Source of the DNA: Candidatus Omnitrophota bacterium
GTDB lineage: Bacteria > Omnitrophota > Gorgyraeia > Zapsychrales > Fredricksoniimonadaceae
Assembly (NCBI GenBank): GCA_903944345.1
Contig: CAJARJ010000002.1
Coordinates: 65,969-129,968, forward strand
DNA length: 64,000 nt
Direction of reading: 5' to 3'
Shown here: one piece after another, positions 40,793-50,439 of the stretch
How the letters are laid out: the number at the start of each line of letters is the position of its first letter
Position numbering within the stretch: the stretch's first letter is position 1
Notes under the pieces: generated by a model
The model's database searches: none
Told to the model about the DNA's origin: nothing
The model's input: only the letters and a program-made list of their open reading frames with translations
Program-made: the position numbers and the translations under genes

Positions 40793-43700
40793 TTAAAGAA
40801 GCTTCAATAACTGCCGGAGGTCCTCAACATAAGTCACACCGGAAATCTCCGGATAAAAACCGCGAAACCCCTGCCCAAGACCTCCCCGCGGGATAGCAAT
40901 ATCCGCAAATTCTGTCGACGAGCCTTCTTGCGGATCCAAAGAAATATTCTTGATATCAATTCCGCCATCAATAACCGTCTTTTGCGGATTGACCGGCATG
41001 GCGGCATCGGCCCTGGCCTCTATCACCTGCTGCAGGAATTCAAACGTGGCCTGGGTTTCAAACCCGATAAGGGTCACATTGTCCGGTTTGCCTTTTGAAC
41101 CCTGCGTATTGACCCCCAGGAACCTGACACTGGAAAGCCGCTCATTCTGCGTCAGTTCAAAGTCATTGCCTGCCAGATACTCTCCGCTCTCTGTTACATA
41201 ACGGTACAACTCATCCGCAAAATAAAAAACAAACCCGGGATTCAGCCGGTTGGTATCTATAAAATCCAGCATGGCCAATGCTTTACCCGCATTGGAACTT
41301 GTCATATCGCTGGAACTTGTGCCCGCAGGCCCCATTTTGTAGTAAAGACCGTCCCGGGCTTCTTCTTCACTCATCGGCAGGGCAACAGCCCGCCGAAGCG
41401 CAGGACGCACATCTGTTGAAACACCATCCCGTCTGAACGGCGGCAAAGGGCGCACCGTCACGCTGGCCGCGGCCCCGCTCGTAATCACATTCGCCTCTCC
41501 CCTCATCTCGATCCACGGAGATGCCAAAGCCTCTCCGGCGGACAAGCGCCGGGACACCTCCTCAGGCGTCAGAATTTCTGCCTGCCAGGAATCATCGGTC
41601 AGCCAGGGAAGAACAATATTGGCATTCGTGGATTCCTTGACAATATAAGCCCGCACCGCTTCCAAATAGGCCTGCCCGTCACCCAGCCAGTCTTTCAGGT
41701 TCTGCGGCGACAAGGCCGCGCGCAAAGCCTCCCCGGCAGGCGGCAAGGAAAAAGCATGTGCGATGTTATACGCGTCATCCAGACGAGCCTCTCCTTCCCC
41801 GGAAAAACCTACTTTTGTAGCGCCGCCATCGACGTAAAGGATCAATTTCTGCAAAGCCTGCGGGTGATCCCGCATCTCTTCTCTGATCGCCTGATAAATT
41901 CTTTTTATCTGCTCCTTTCGGGAGTTTCCCGATATAATAGCCACCCGTACGTCCATCCGTAAAAGCAGCATGAACAAATGGGCCAGTTGCCTGTACTCCG
42001 CCAACCCGCCCGAGCCTTTTGGCAAAATCGTCTTGTCGACATCAAACACAAAAGCTCCGGATTCCTTGATCTGAGTCCAGTTGGATACAATATAACGAAT
42101 AATTTTTTCTACCGAGCTCTTCCCATGAAAAAGTCCAAGTTCGCTTTCTTTGCCCCGCACGTCCTCGGAAAAGATCAGTCCGGTTGTTGAAGAAAGGGCA
42201 AAGCCGGCCTGCTGCAGCCCCCGCAGAGTCAAAACCGAATCAATCAGCGCCGTGAACGAGGCCGTTGAACCAAGGCTTGATCCATCGGAAGAACGAACGT
42301 TCAACGCCCGCACACGATGTCCGGCTTGCGCTTCCATCTGTTTGAGTTTCTGAGGAAGCCCCTGAACATCAACATCTTCCTGCACGCCAGCCAGCACATA
42401 ATCCACCAAAGATCCCCGAATTGGCAGCGCTTCGGGTTGCATTTGCGAATACGTAGAAACTTTCTTGAGCGCCTCCGGCAATCGCTCAACCGCTTCCGGA
42501 GAAAGATCCTCTGACACAAGAACCTTGAGGGCCTTCTGGGCTTTGGCTATAGCCTGAGCGCCTCCCGGAACAACCAAAACTCCGCCCACATCGGTTTCAA
42601 TATTACCCGAATAAAACAGAATATCCGCCGAGGAAAGAATATTTTCAACTCTTTCTTCCAGGGGCTTTTTCATGGCTGAGGATGAAAGATACACGGAAAA
42701 ATCATTCAGCCGGTCTGCGGGAAGCCTGCGGGTTGTTTCCTCGATTTCCTGACGAGTGTCCTCGGGAAGAGTTTCTTCCTTGTATTCCATGAGAGCTACA
42801 TCATTAATATTATCTTTCCGAAGCGTTTTGTGCAACAAGGGATCAACCAGCCATAAGCCCAGCATTTCCTCTTTCCTGCTGAAATAATTGAGTGCGGTCT
42901 GGGACGTTAACAGGAGTCCCGTTTTTGTTAACCCCACCATAAACCCTCTGTCCCGAACAGGAAAAACCACTTCGTGCCCTTCCCGCACATCCAGCAAGCC
43001 CGCCAAGGCATCAACCGCGCCCTGCCAGTCATCTTTTTTCCCTTCCAGAACACCTTTTTGTACCATCCCCAATAAAAGAATGGTTCGGATGGGAACATCG
43101 TTCAAAGAAAACTCCCTGTTCCCTCCGGAAGTTCGGGGCAAATCTTTCCAGGTTCTGAGGAAAGCATCAAGATATCCGGCAATCTGCTTTCTCTTGTCAA
43201 GATCCATGGAAAGCGCCAGATTAAAAAGTTTTTTGATATCCGGGTGAAGGTCGCTTCCTTTGCTTGGATCAAACAGACTCTGAACGAGCTTATAAAATTC
43301 ATCCTCGAGAACATTCGGAGACAATGCTTCCGAAAACCGGGCATCGCAAAAGTCGGCCACATAACTGTCCCTGGCCAGATCCACAAGAGCACGCCCCGCC
43401 GCTGTAATCCCCGTGGCGTTAAAAACCCTGGCTCCATAAAACCAGCTGAGCCCGTCTCCGGTCCCACTGGCAATAACTTTAATATTAACATTGGGGCGAG
43501 CCTTGAGTTTTCGCGTCAGCGAACGCTGGCCTCCCTGATGAAAGAAAACGACATTAAGGGGTTTTCCCTCGGAGGCCATCGAATCAATCATGGCCTCCTG
43601 ATCAAAGAAAGAATTGAAAAGCTGTACTGCTTTCTGACTCTCGATCCCGCCCAGCACCGGCTTCTTCGGAGTGCCCTGGCGGACATTCTGTTCGGCATGC

Positions 43701-45043
43701 AGTCGCCACAAAAGAATACGATAAATATCTTCCGCGCGCTTGAGGATCGTCCGGTCCTGGATACTTTGCACCAGCAATGCCGGATGCCCGATGAAAGATC
43801 CGAGATCCTGGCCTTCCACTTTGGCGTGAATACCCAAATTGCTCAATTCATCAACGAGCCGCGCAATGCGTGCATTACGCACGGAAACAAGACGCGCTTC
43901 CTCATCCCTTTCATAAGAAGATGGCTGTGCCGCATCCGCCGGAGGGGCTGTCATTTCCATCCGGACAAGGCTGGCCTGCCCCAAAGACCGCACGGCGGCA
44001 GCGGAATCCGTCTCAACAAGCCGGATATCGCCCAAACGCTCTCCGCCGGAGAAATACCGGCGTGCGACTACGGCGGTGTCAGGCAAAGCGTCCTCCCGGA
44101 TATAATCAAAAACGCCTTGCCGGAAAGCTTCCATATAGCGGGCATAAAGGGCTTCTTTCCATTCCTGCTCGTCGCTCAAAACACCCGACACAAGGCGGCG
44201 ATCCATGTATGTCCCGCCCAGAAACGATCCGCGGATCTGCCCGCGATACCATTTGGCCAGAATAGCGGCATAATAGATCTGGCGCATGGGCGCAAACGCG
44301 GCCCCCTCGTTGATTTCGCGTTCCAGACGAGGAAGGATGACTTTTCGCAGAGCAGACCGGGCGGCCTCACTGCTGCCGGGATTCTGCCCGGACAAAACCT
44401 GATCCTCATCCATCATAACCCGAAGAGTGGCTTGTGTGATATAAACGGCATGTCCTTTGACAAATATCTGCGCTTCCTGCGGCATGATCCAGATCTTGCT
44501 GAAAATATCCACCGGGATATCGGCTCCCGCGGCATTCTCCCTTATCCCGGCATACACCCCGGACCAGAACTCCCGCCCCAAAGCGGTTTCCGGATAGATC
44601 AACGAAGCGGACAGCTGTTTGAGAATATAATCCTGCGCCAGCATGTCGCGGCCAAGAACCGTCCGCCCAAGATCTTCATCAATCATGCGGTCTTTTTCGT
44701 AAGGAGAAAGATTGACCCAAAGCTGATCTTCCGGAACCGTGACCGCGGCCAGAAAATACTGCGCCATGCGTTGTGTTTCGCTGCGGATAAAAGCCTCGTC
44801 CGACTTGTCCTGGCCGGAATCCATAATAAAGTCAAGTGTAAACGGACTCTCGGGGTGGATCACCAGTCCACGGGGAAGAATCGGCGTTCTTGCCCCGGAT
44901 AAATTGATCCGTTCCCCCGGTCGGGGAAGCCCGGAAACAAAAAAGCTTTGAGCGTGTCCCGTTGTTGCGGACACACTCAAAGCCAGAGACAAGGTCACCG
45001 ATAAAATACGACGAACCCGAACGGAGTTAATCAGCGCCGGCAT
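40793..45043 (-). CDS. Large modular exported protein, paralog 2 (conserved N-domain, YvcK/CofD-like + HAD-IIB cargo, GGIDI tail)
   Basis: Signal peptide; WVNLSP, AQDYILKQ, RRYFSGG; IKVIASGTGDGLS and ADILF...LVVPG (YvcK-like); FDVDKT, ISG, GKA, FADE...GND (HAD); start at ATG 45043 with AAGGAG RBS. Confidence 0.83.
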   Translation of the reverse strand: MPALINSVRVRRILSVTLSLALSVSATTGHAQSFFVSGLPRPGERINLSGARTPILPRGLVIHPESPFTLDFIMDSGQDKSDEAFIRSETQRMAQYFLAAVTVPEDQLWVNLSPYEKDRMIDEDLGRTVLGRDMLAQDYILKQLSASLIYPETALGREFWSGVYAGIRENAAGADIPVDIFSKIWIMPQEAQIFVKGHAVYITQATLRVMMDEDQVLSGQNPGSSEAARSALRKVILPRLEREINEGAAFAPMRQIYYAAILAKWYRGQIRGSFLGGTYMDRRLVSGVLSDEQEWKEALYARYMEAFRQGVFDYIREDALPDTAVVARRYFSGGERLGDIRLVETDSAAAVRSLGQASLVRMEMTAPPADAAQPSSYERDEEARLVSVRNARIARLVDELSNLGIHAKVEGQDLGSFIGHPALLVQSIQDRTILKRAEDIYRILLWRLHAEQNVRQGTPKKPVLGGIESQKAVQLFNSFFDQEAMIDSMASEGKPLNVVFFHQGGQRSLTRKLKARPNVNIKVIASGTGDGLSWFYGARVFNATGITAAGRALVDLARDSYVADFCDARFSEALSPNVLEDEFYKLVQSLFDPSKGSDLHPDIKKLFNLALSMDLDKRKQIAGYLDAFLRTWKDLPRTSGGNREFSLNDVPIRTILLLGMVQKGVLEGKKDDWQGAVDALAGLLDVREGHEVVFPVRDRGFMVGLTKTGLLLTSQTALNYFSRKEEMLGLWLVDPLLHKTLRKDNINDVALMEYKEETLPEDTRQEIEETTRRLPADRLNDFSVYLSSSAMKKPLEERVENILSSADILFYSGNIETDVGGVLVVPGGAQAIAKAQKALKVLVSEDLSPEAVERLPEALKKVSTYSQMQPEALPIRGSLVDYVLAGVQEDVDVQGLPQKLKQMEAQAGHRVRALNVRSSDGSSLGSTASFTALIDSVLTLRGLQQAGFALSSTTGLIFSEDVRGKESELGLFHGKSSVEKIIRYIVSNWTQIKESGAFVFDVDKTILPKGSGGLAEYRQLAHLFMLLLRMDVRVAIISGNSRKEQIKRIYQAIREEMRDHPQALQKLILYVDGGATKVGFSGEGEARLDDAYNIAHAFSLPPAGEALRAALSPQNLKDWLGDGQAYLEAVRAYIVKESTNANIVLPWLTDDSWQAEILTPEEVSRRLSAGEALASPWIEMRGEANVITSGAAASVTVRPLPPFRRDGVSTDVRPALRRAVALPMSEEEARDGLYYKMGPAGTSSSDMTSSNAGKALAMLDFIDTNRLNPGFVFYFADELYRYVTESGEYLAGNDFELTQNERLSSVRFLGVNTQGSKGKPDNVTLIGFETQATFEFLQQVIEARADAAMPVNPQKTVIDGGIDIKNISLDPQEGSSTEFADIAIPRGGLGQGFRGFYPEISGVTYVEDLRQLLKLL

Positions 45044-45082
45044 AATCCCTGTCTCCTTGAAAAAACACGGCAAACTCTTTTT

Positions 45083-48000
45083 TCAGCGTGAAGGAACAAT
45101 CCCCAGCAAGCCGGCCAACCCCGTCATGGGAGTAATCCTGATAATCGTCCCCCTCAATCCGCGAGACTGCTCAACGAGAGTTTCCAACGACTGGCCACCC
45201 AAAACATCCGCGCTCCATTCTCCGCTGCGCTCGACATCCAAAGCGCGGGCATCGATACCACCAGTTCGCTCAACCGCTTGGGAAGCGTCCAGTGCCGCGA
45301 CCAAATCACCCAAAAAAGCTTTCAGGTTTTCACTGCGCTGATAGAGTGTCACAGGAGCTTTCTGCCAGGCCTCAAGCCAGGCATCAAGGGCGCTTCTTGA
45401 CTCGCTGAATTGATCAGCAGGGAAAAAGGCCCTCAAATAATCCGGAAAATACGGCATCATGCCGTCGAGTGAATTAAAACCATGTCTCCTTTGAACATCT
45501 ACAATCGTCTTATAGAAACCTTCCAGCCCGGGCCGGGATTCTTCGGAGAACATAAACCCGTTAAACTGGAAAAGTCCAACGCCATCGGGATTCTCTGTCC
45601 GGACTTTCGTCCGTACCGTCTGGTCAGGCAAGCCCACGGCAATAGCTTGGACGGCCAATATTTTTTCGCGCGCCTCATCTTTCTTCTTTTTCAGGACGTC
45701 CTGGGCCCGGTACAACATCGCCGCCGCTGTAATGGCTCCCGTCTGGGTCTTGTTCAACAACCGGCCCAAAGCCGCCCCGCGAAAAAATCGATCCCGCTCC
45801 AGATCCCAGACGTTCTTCATCTCTCTGAATTTCTGTTCCCAGGAAGACGGATCCTGATAGCTCAACATCAACAGGTTCCCGACCGAATTAGCCTCCCCCG
45901 GGTTCCATGGTTTCATATTATCCGTTGTGCCGCCATCCCGATGATCAAATGCAATCTGGATCGCCATGTTGGGCTGAGGGTTTTCCTCCAGCACTTCATG
46001 CGCCCCCAATGTTCTCTTGTTAAGAATAATATATCCGTTCACCATTCCCAGAAGCGCAATTTTCTGCTCCTCGGTAAAATGCTGTACAAAGAAAAACTGT
46101 CCGGGATAACGGTTTTCGCCTCTGGCCTTGGCCTCTCTGCGTTCACGATTAATCTTGAACTCTATATCCCGGTATTTGCGAGCCAGCTCACGACTGGGAT
46201 CTGTATCCTGAAGATTTCCCTGGATCACAACTGAATACCCCATATCCACCAGCATCGGAATCAGCCAATAGGGGTCGAATGCATTCTTTTCATCCACCAG
46301 CCGGCGGGCGTTCCCCAAAATAGGGTTATCCGTGTTCACATCCACATACAAAGCCGCACGAACCTGATCCGTGGCTGTAAAGCCGGCATTCAGAGTCTCA
46401 TTGGCCCATTTAAGAATGACCGCAAGCTCCATATTGTTGAGTGCTTCAACAGATCTTCCGTACTGCTCTCTGGCCCTGGCCTCAAGCAGTTCTCCGTTAG
46501 CTGTTCTGACCTTCATCTGATTGTAGCCTTGCGCGGTTCTTTTCTTGAGACGCGCAACATCTGTGGGAGACAAATAATCGATATCCGCAGTTGCTGCGAT
46601 CTCTCCTTCCTGTTGAATGCGACTAAACGTCTGTTCAAGAAACGCCGCTATCTGTTTAGGATTGTCTCCATTGGTCGCCGCCGTCAAAGGAAGCCCATAA
46701 AGAGTACTCATGTGCGCAGCATGACTCCGGCTGACACCCAGTCCGGCATCGGCCAGCCTCAGCCCTCCCCAGGTAAGATTCCCAAACAGGCTGGAACCCG
46801 CTGCAGGCCCTCCCTGCTCCGGATCCCACCATCTGTCAATGTAAGCCGCTCCGGAAAACTGCGCCGGAAGGTGCATCAAATTTTCTGCCAGATGTCTGGC
46901 CTGTTCCAAAGGCAGTGTCTGGGCGTTAAGAATGGTATGCGTCGAGTCCAGGATCACCACATTGTCCCGGGACAAGCCCGGCAACTCATGCCCTCTGATG
47001 GCCTGCACAAGAGGTGCCGCCTGTCCATCCTGGGTATGTACTATAATTAAAGGGTAACTTCCGTCAGCCTTCCGGTCCCTGATCTGCTGACGAGACAAAA
47101 ACGCCTCGGAGGCCAACGCAAAAAACGCGACCGACTCTTCCATAGTGACGGGATTATTCGGCGCTTCAGCAGATTTATACATATATAATCTGTTGGAGAA
47201 CTTGTTCCATTCGTCACGGATATAATATCCTGTGACCCCGGCCCGGTTTTCACCTTCCTCAACAATGACCGGAACCCGCTCGGATCCCACTTCAATATCA
47301 AATCTGTCAACTTCATGCAAATTCTTCACTCCGAGATTCCTTCTTCCCGAACCGTCATCATCATAATATAGCGGTTCTCCCCCGGGAACTCCGGTATCAA
47401 ATCGCATGGCGTACTTAAGCTGAATCGACCGAACCCTGGCTCCCAGCCGTGTCAGAAACATGGAATGCGTCTCATTAACAGGGCCCAATCCTCCTTGTTT
47501 ATAATCCATCTCAACTGTAGCGAAATAATACGTTATATCGTTCAGAAGAGGCATGCTTTCTTTGACAAACGCATCTGTATACCGACCCGTCATCAACAGC
47601 ATCATATTCATGAGTCTCGTCCTGTCTTTTGCAGGAACCGACTCGATCGCATCCATCAACCCGTTGAGCTGCTCTTGCGGCAATAGCGCCACAGCCTTGG
47701 TGACAGCCCACATCCCCTGAACAGGATTCCCCCGGATAACCTCAACATCGTACTGAAGAGAATACCGTGTCATCAGTTTTTTGAACTCTTCCTTGAATCT
47801 GCGTACTGAGAGCCTTGCCAAGCCCTGAAACTCGACTAAAATTTTCTCAAACCGTCCGATTGCGTTCCACTGCTCTGTTGTTTCCGGAACAAACTGCGCC
47901 CTGACAGCTTCGTCAATAATCTGGGAACCGTCCACCGCTTCAAGGCTGGCCGCGATCCTTTGTAAAGGACGTTCTGCAAAAGCCTCGACTTCCTGTGCCT

Positions 48001-49030
48001 GGGCCGCGTCCTGGCGAATATCCCCAACCGCAAACCCGCCGGAGAAATACTTCCTCGGGAAATCCTCACCGGTGACAGGATCGGTTTCTTCCTTTATATA
48101 GTTAAAAACACCTGTCCGGTAAGCCGCCATATACTGCTCGTAGATCAGTTCCTTGTTCTTCGGATCACTTAAATCGATCCCGGCAACCTTGCTCTTTCCG
48201 GAATAAACTTTGTTAAGAACGCTATCCTTGAGCGCCTTCTGGTACCACTGCGCCAGAACCAGCGCATAAACAACCTGACGCAGGCGGGCAAAATTGGCCC
48301 CTTCATTCACTTCCTGTTCAATGGCCGGAACGATCAGCTCGCGTAAAATATTCTTGGTCAGTTCTTCTTCGGGAGTACCTGTTGCAACGGCATTCTCCTG
48401 CTGGGCCTGATGGTCCGCATCCAGCATGACCTTCATTTCCGCTCCGGTTATAAAAACAGTATTACCTTTCTCGAACACCCGGGCCCGCTGAGGCACAATC
48501 CAGACTTTATTGAACGCATCAACCGGAAGATCCGTCACACCAAATTTTTCCCAGGCCTGTGCATATATTTTTTGCCAGAAATCATGCCCGAGATTCTCTT
48601 CAGGATAAATCAGAGAAGCCGTCAGCTGTTTCAGAACATAATCCTGTGCCAACAAATCCCGGCCCAACTCTGTCCGAATCAATGCTTCGGGAACAATCCG
48701 GTCTGATTCGACCGGCGAAAGGTTGACCCACAGATCCTGTTGCGGAACAGTAAGCGCAGCAAGAAAGTAGTTAATCATACGCTGGGAGTCATCACGCAAC
48801 TCCGCTTCACTTACAAGCAAAGAACCGGGGTCAACAATAAAATCAAGATCAAGCGGACGGGAGGGATCAATTGTAATTCCGCGCAACAAAACAGGTTCGA
48901 TCGCTGCTGAAAAACGCACCATCTGTCCCGGTGCAGGCAGCACCTCTCCGGTTACCAGAGCCTGGGCGTAACCAAGAGCAGGCTCACAACAAAGAATAAC
49001 CGCTAATAGAAATGCCAGAAAACGCCGCAT
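45083..49030 (-). CDS. Large modular exported protein, paralog 3 (conserved N-domain, glycogen-synthase-like GT-B cargo, GGIDA tail)
   Basis: Signal peptide; WVNLSP, AQDYVLKQ, PRKYFSGG; KQGGLG, VHTQDGQ, THT, VSRSHA, TNG, ARRLVDEK; start at ATG 49030 with GGAGGA RBS. Confidence 0.83.
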   Translation of the reverse strand: MRRFLAFLLAVILCCEPALGYAQALVTGEVLPAPGQMVRFSAAIEPVLLRGITIDPSRPLDLDFIVDPGSLLVSEAELRDDSQRMINYFLAALTVPQQDLWVNLSPVESDRIVPEALIRTELGRDLLAQDYVLKQLTASLIYPEENLGHDFWQKIYAQAWEKFGVTDLPVDAFNKVWIVPQRARVFEKGNTVFITGAEMKVMLDADHQAQQENAVATGTPEEELTKNILRELIVPAIEQEVNEGANFARLRQVVYALVLAQWYQKALKDSVLNKVYSGKSKVAGIDLSDPKNKELIYEQYMAAYRTGVFNYIKEETDPVTGEDFPRKYFSGGFAVGDIRQDAAQAQEVEAFAERPLQRIAASLEAVDGSQIIDEAVRAQFVPETTEQWNAIGRFEKILVEFQGLARLSVRRFKEEFKKLMTRYSLQYDVEVIRGNPVQGMWAVTKAVALLPQEQLNGLMDAIESVPAKDRTRLMNMMLLMTGRYTDAFVKESMPLLNDITYYFATVEMDYKQGGLGPVNETHSMFLTRLGARVRSIQLKYAMRFDTGVPGGEPLYYDDDGSGRRNLGVKNLHEVDRFDIEVGSERVPVIVEEGENRAGVTGYYIRDEWNKFSNRLYMYKSAEAPNNPVTMEESVAFFALASEAFLSRQQIRDRKADGSYPLIIVHTQDGQAAPLVQAIRGHELPGLSRDNVVILDSTHTILNAQTLPLEQARHLAENLMHLPAQFSGAAYIDRWWDPEQGGPAAGSSLFGNLTWGGLRLADAGLGVSRSHAAHMSTLYGLPLTAATNGDNPKQIAAFLEQTFSRIQQEGEIAATADIDYLSPTDVARLKKRTAQGYNQMKVRTANGELLEARAREQYGRSVEALNNMELAVILKWANETLNAGFTATDQVRAALYVDVNTDNPILGNARRLVDEKNAFDPYWLIPMLVDMGYSVVIQGNLQDTDPSRELARKYRDIEFKINRERREAKARGENRYPGQFFFVQHFTEEQKIALLGMVNGYIILNKRTLGAHEVLEENPQPNMAIQIAFDHRDGGTTDNMKPWNPGEANSVGNLLMLSYQDPSSWEQKFREMKNVWDLERDRFFRGAALGRLLNKTQTGAITAAAMLYRAQDVLKKKKDEAREKILAVQAIAVGLPDQTVRTKVRTENPDGVGLFQFNGFMFSEESRPGLEGFYKTIVDVQRRHGFNSLDGMMPYFPDYLRAFFPADQFSESRSALDAWLEAWQKAPVTLYQRSENLKAFLGDLVAALDASQAVERTGGIDARALDVERSGEWSADVLGGQSLETLVEQSRGLRGTIIRITPMTGLAGLLGIVPSR

Positions 49031-49102
49031 GAAATGTCCTCCCGGTTTTGGATGGTTACGAAGAACGTGATTAAACAATACTATAAGTCATAGAATGTTA
49101 GA

Positions 49103-49131
49103 AATATATCATTGGCAGCATTAACTGTCAA
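49103..49131 (-). promoter_or_regulatory. Sigma70-type promoter for the paralog 3 / paralog 2 pair
   Basis: Minus strand TTGACA-N17-TATATT. Confidence 0.6.
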
Positions 49132-49155
49132 TCAGCTAACTACAAAATTAGACAT

Positions 49156-50421
49156 CTAAGCCGGATTTTTCCCCGAAAAAAGATTTTTATTCCGCAAAAG
49201 ACGATGGTAAGACACAGCAAAGCGATGGGCCTCATCGCGCAAGCGCTGCAGCAGGCGCAGGGCCAGGGAGTCCCGGGACAAGATCAGCGCCGCGCGTTTT
49301 CCGGGAACAAAGATTTCCTCTTCCTTTTTAGCCAAACCGATTAGGGGAATATCCAAACCTAAAGCACGTAATTCTCCGGCGGCCGCCTGCAGCTGCCCCT
49401 TGCCGCCATCAATAACCACAAGATCAGGGTATGCCTTGCCTTCTTTCTTGAGCCGGCTGTAGCGGCGGCGAACAACCTCGGCAATCATTCTAAAATCATC
49501 TATGCCCTCAACTGTCCTGATCCGGAACCTGCGGTAATTTGACTTGTCGGGGGTACCATTCAGAAAAGAAACCATCGAGCCAACAGAAAATGACCCCATC
49601 GTATTTGATATATCAAAACATTCCAGCCGTTCAGGAGGACGCGCCAGTCCCAGTGCCCGCTGCAACTGCTCGGTCTCCTTGAAACAATTAATATCGGGAC
49701 TGGAAGAATATAACGCCCCTACCGCCCGCATCCGATCCCGAACCCGGGCGGCTTCCTCGAAATTTTTTGTACGCGCCAACTCTTCCATTTCCTGCCTGAG
49801 TTCCCGGTAGAGATCGTCTTTTTTCCCATCAAGAACATGTGCAATGTGCCGAATCGAACGAGCATATTCTGCCGCCGTCACCTGCCCGACACAAGGCGCC
49901 TGACAAAGACCGAGATCATGATAGAGACATGTGCTGCCAGACAAGGGCTCGCAGGAACGAAAAGGGAAAATTTTCCTGATCAAAGTCAGCGCCTCACGAA
50001 TCAGCGTCGCATCGGTATACGGCCCAAACAGCTTCCCGCCGGAGGCTTCCCCCGCAGCTCTGGAAGGAAGTCTCACGATGCTGACCAAAGGAAAGGGATC
50101 ATCAGAAATACGAATATACGGATAAGATTTCCCGTCTTTAAGTTCAACATTATATTTGGGCAGGTGCCGCTTGACCAAAGCCGCCTCAAGCACCAGGGCT
50201 TCGGCCTCGCTATGCGTTTGAATAAAATCAATATCTGAAATGTTCTCTACCAGAAGAGCGGTTCGCACATTGTCGATCCTGCCGCGAAAATAGGACTGCA
50301 CCCTGCGCCGCAGATTGACCGCCTTGCCGACATAGATCACGGTCCCTGCGCCATCTTTCATCAGATAAACACCGCTGGTCAAAGGTAATCCCGCAATCCG
50401 GGCGCGTAATTGATCAAGCAT
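49156..50421 (-). CDS. uvrC: Excinuclease UvrC (short form without C-terminal HhH)
   Basis: GVY...IYVGKAVNLRRRV GIY-YIG, UVR motif, ECFDISN, IDGGKGQL, RDEAHRFA. Confidence 0.9.
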   Translation of the reverse strand: MLDQLRARIAGLPLTSGVYLMKDGAGTVIYVGKAVNLRRRVQSYFRGRIDNVRTALLVENISDIDFIQTHSEAEALVLEAALVKRHLPKYNVELKDGKSYPYIRISDDPFPLVSIVRLPSRAAGEASGGKLFGPYTDATLIREALTLIRKIFPFRSCEPLSGSTCLYHDLGLCQAPCVGQVTAAEYARSIRHIAHVLDGKKDDLYRELRQEMEELARTKNFEEAARVRDRMRAVGALYSSSPDINCFKETEQLQRALGLARPPERLECFDISNTMGSFSVGSMVSFLNGTPDKSNYRRFRIRTVEGIDDFRMIAEVVRRRYSRLKKEGKAYPDLVVIDGGKGQLQAAAGELRALGLDIPLIGLAKKEEEIFVPGKRAALILSRDSLALRLLQRLRDEAHRFAVSYHRLLRNKNLFSGKNPA

Positions 50422-50439
50422 AGCTGCTCCCGAAAAATC

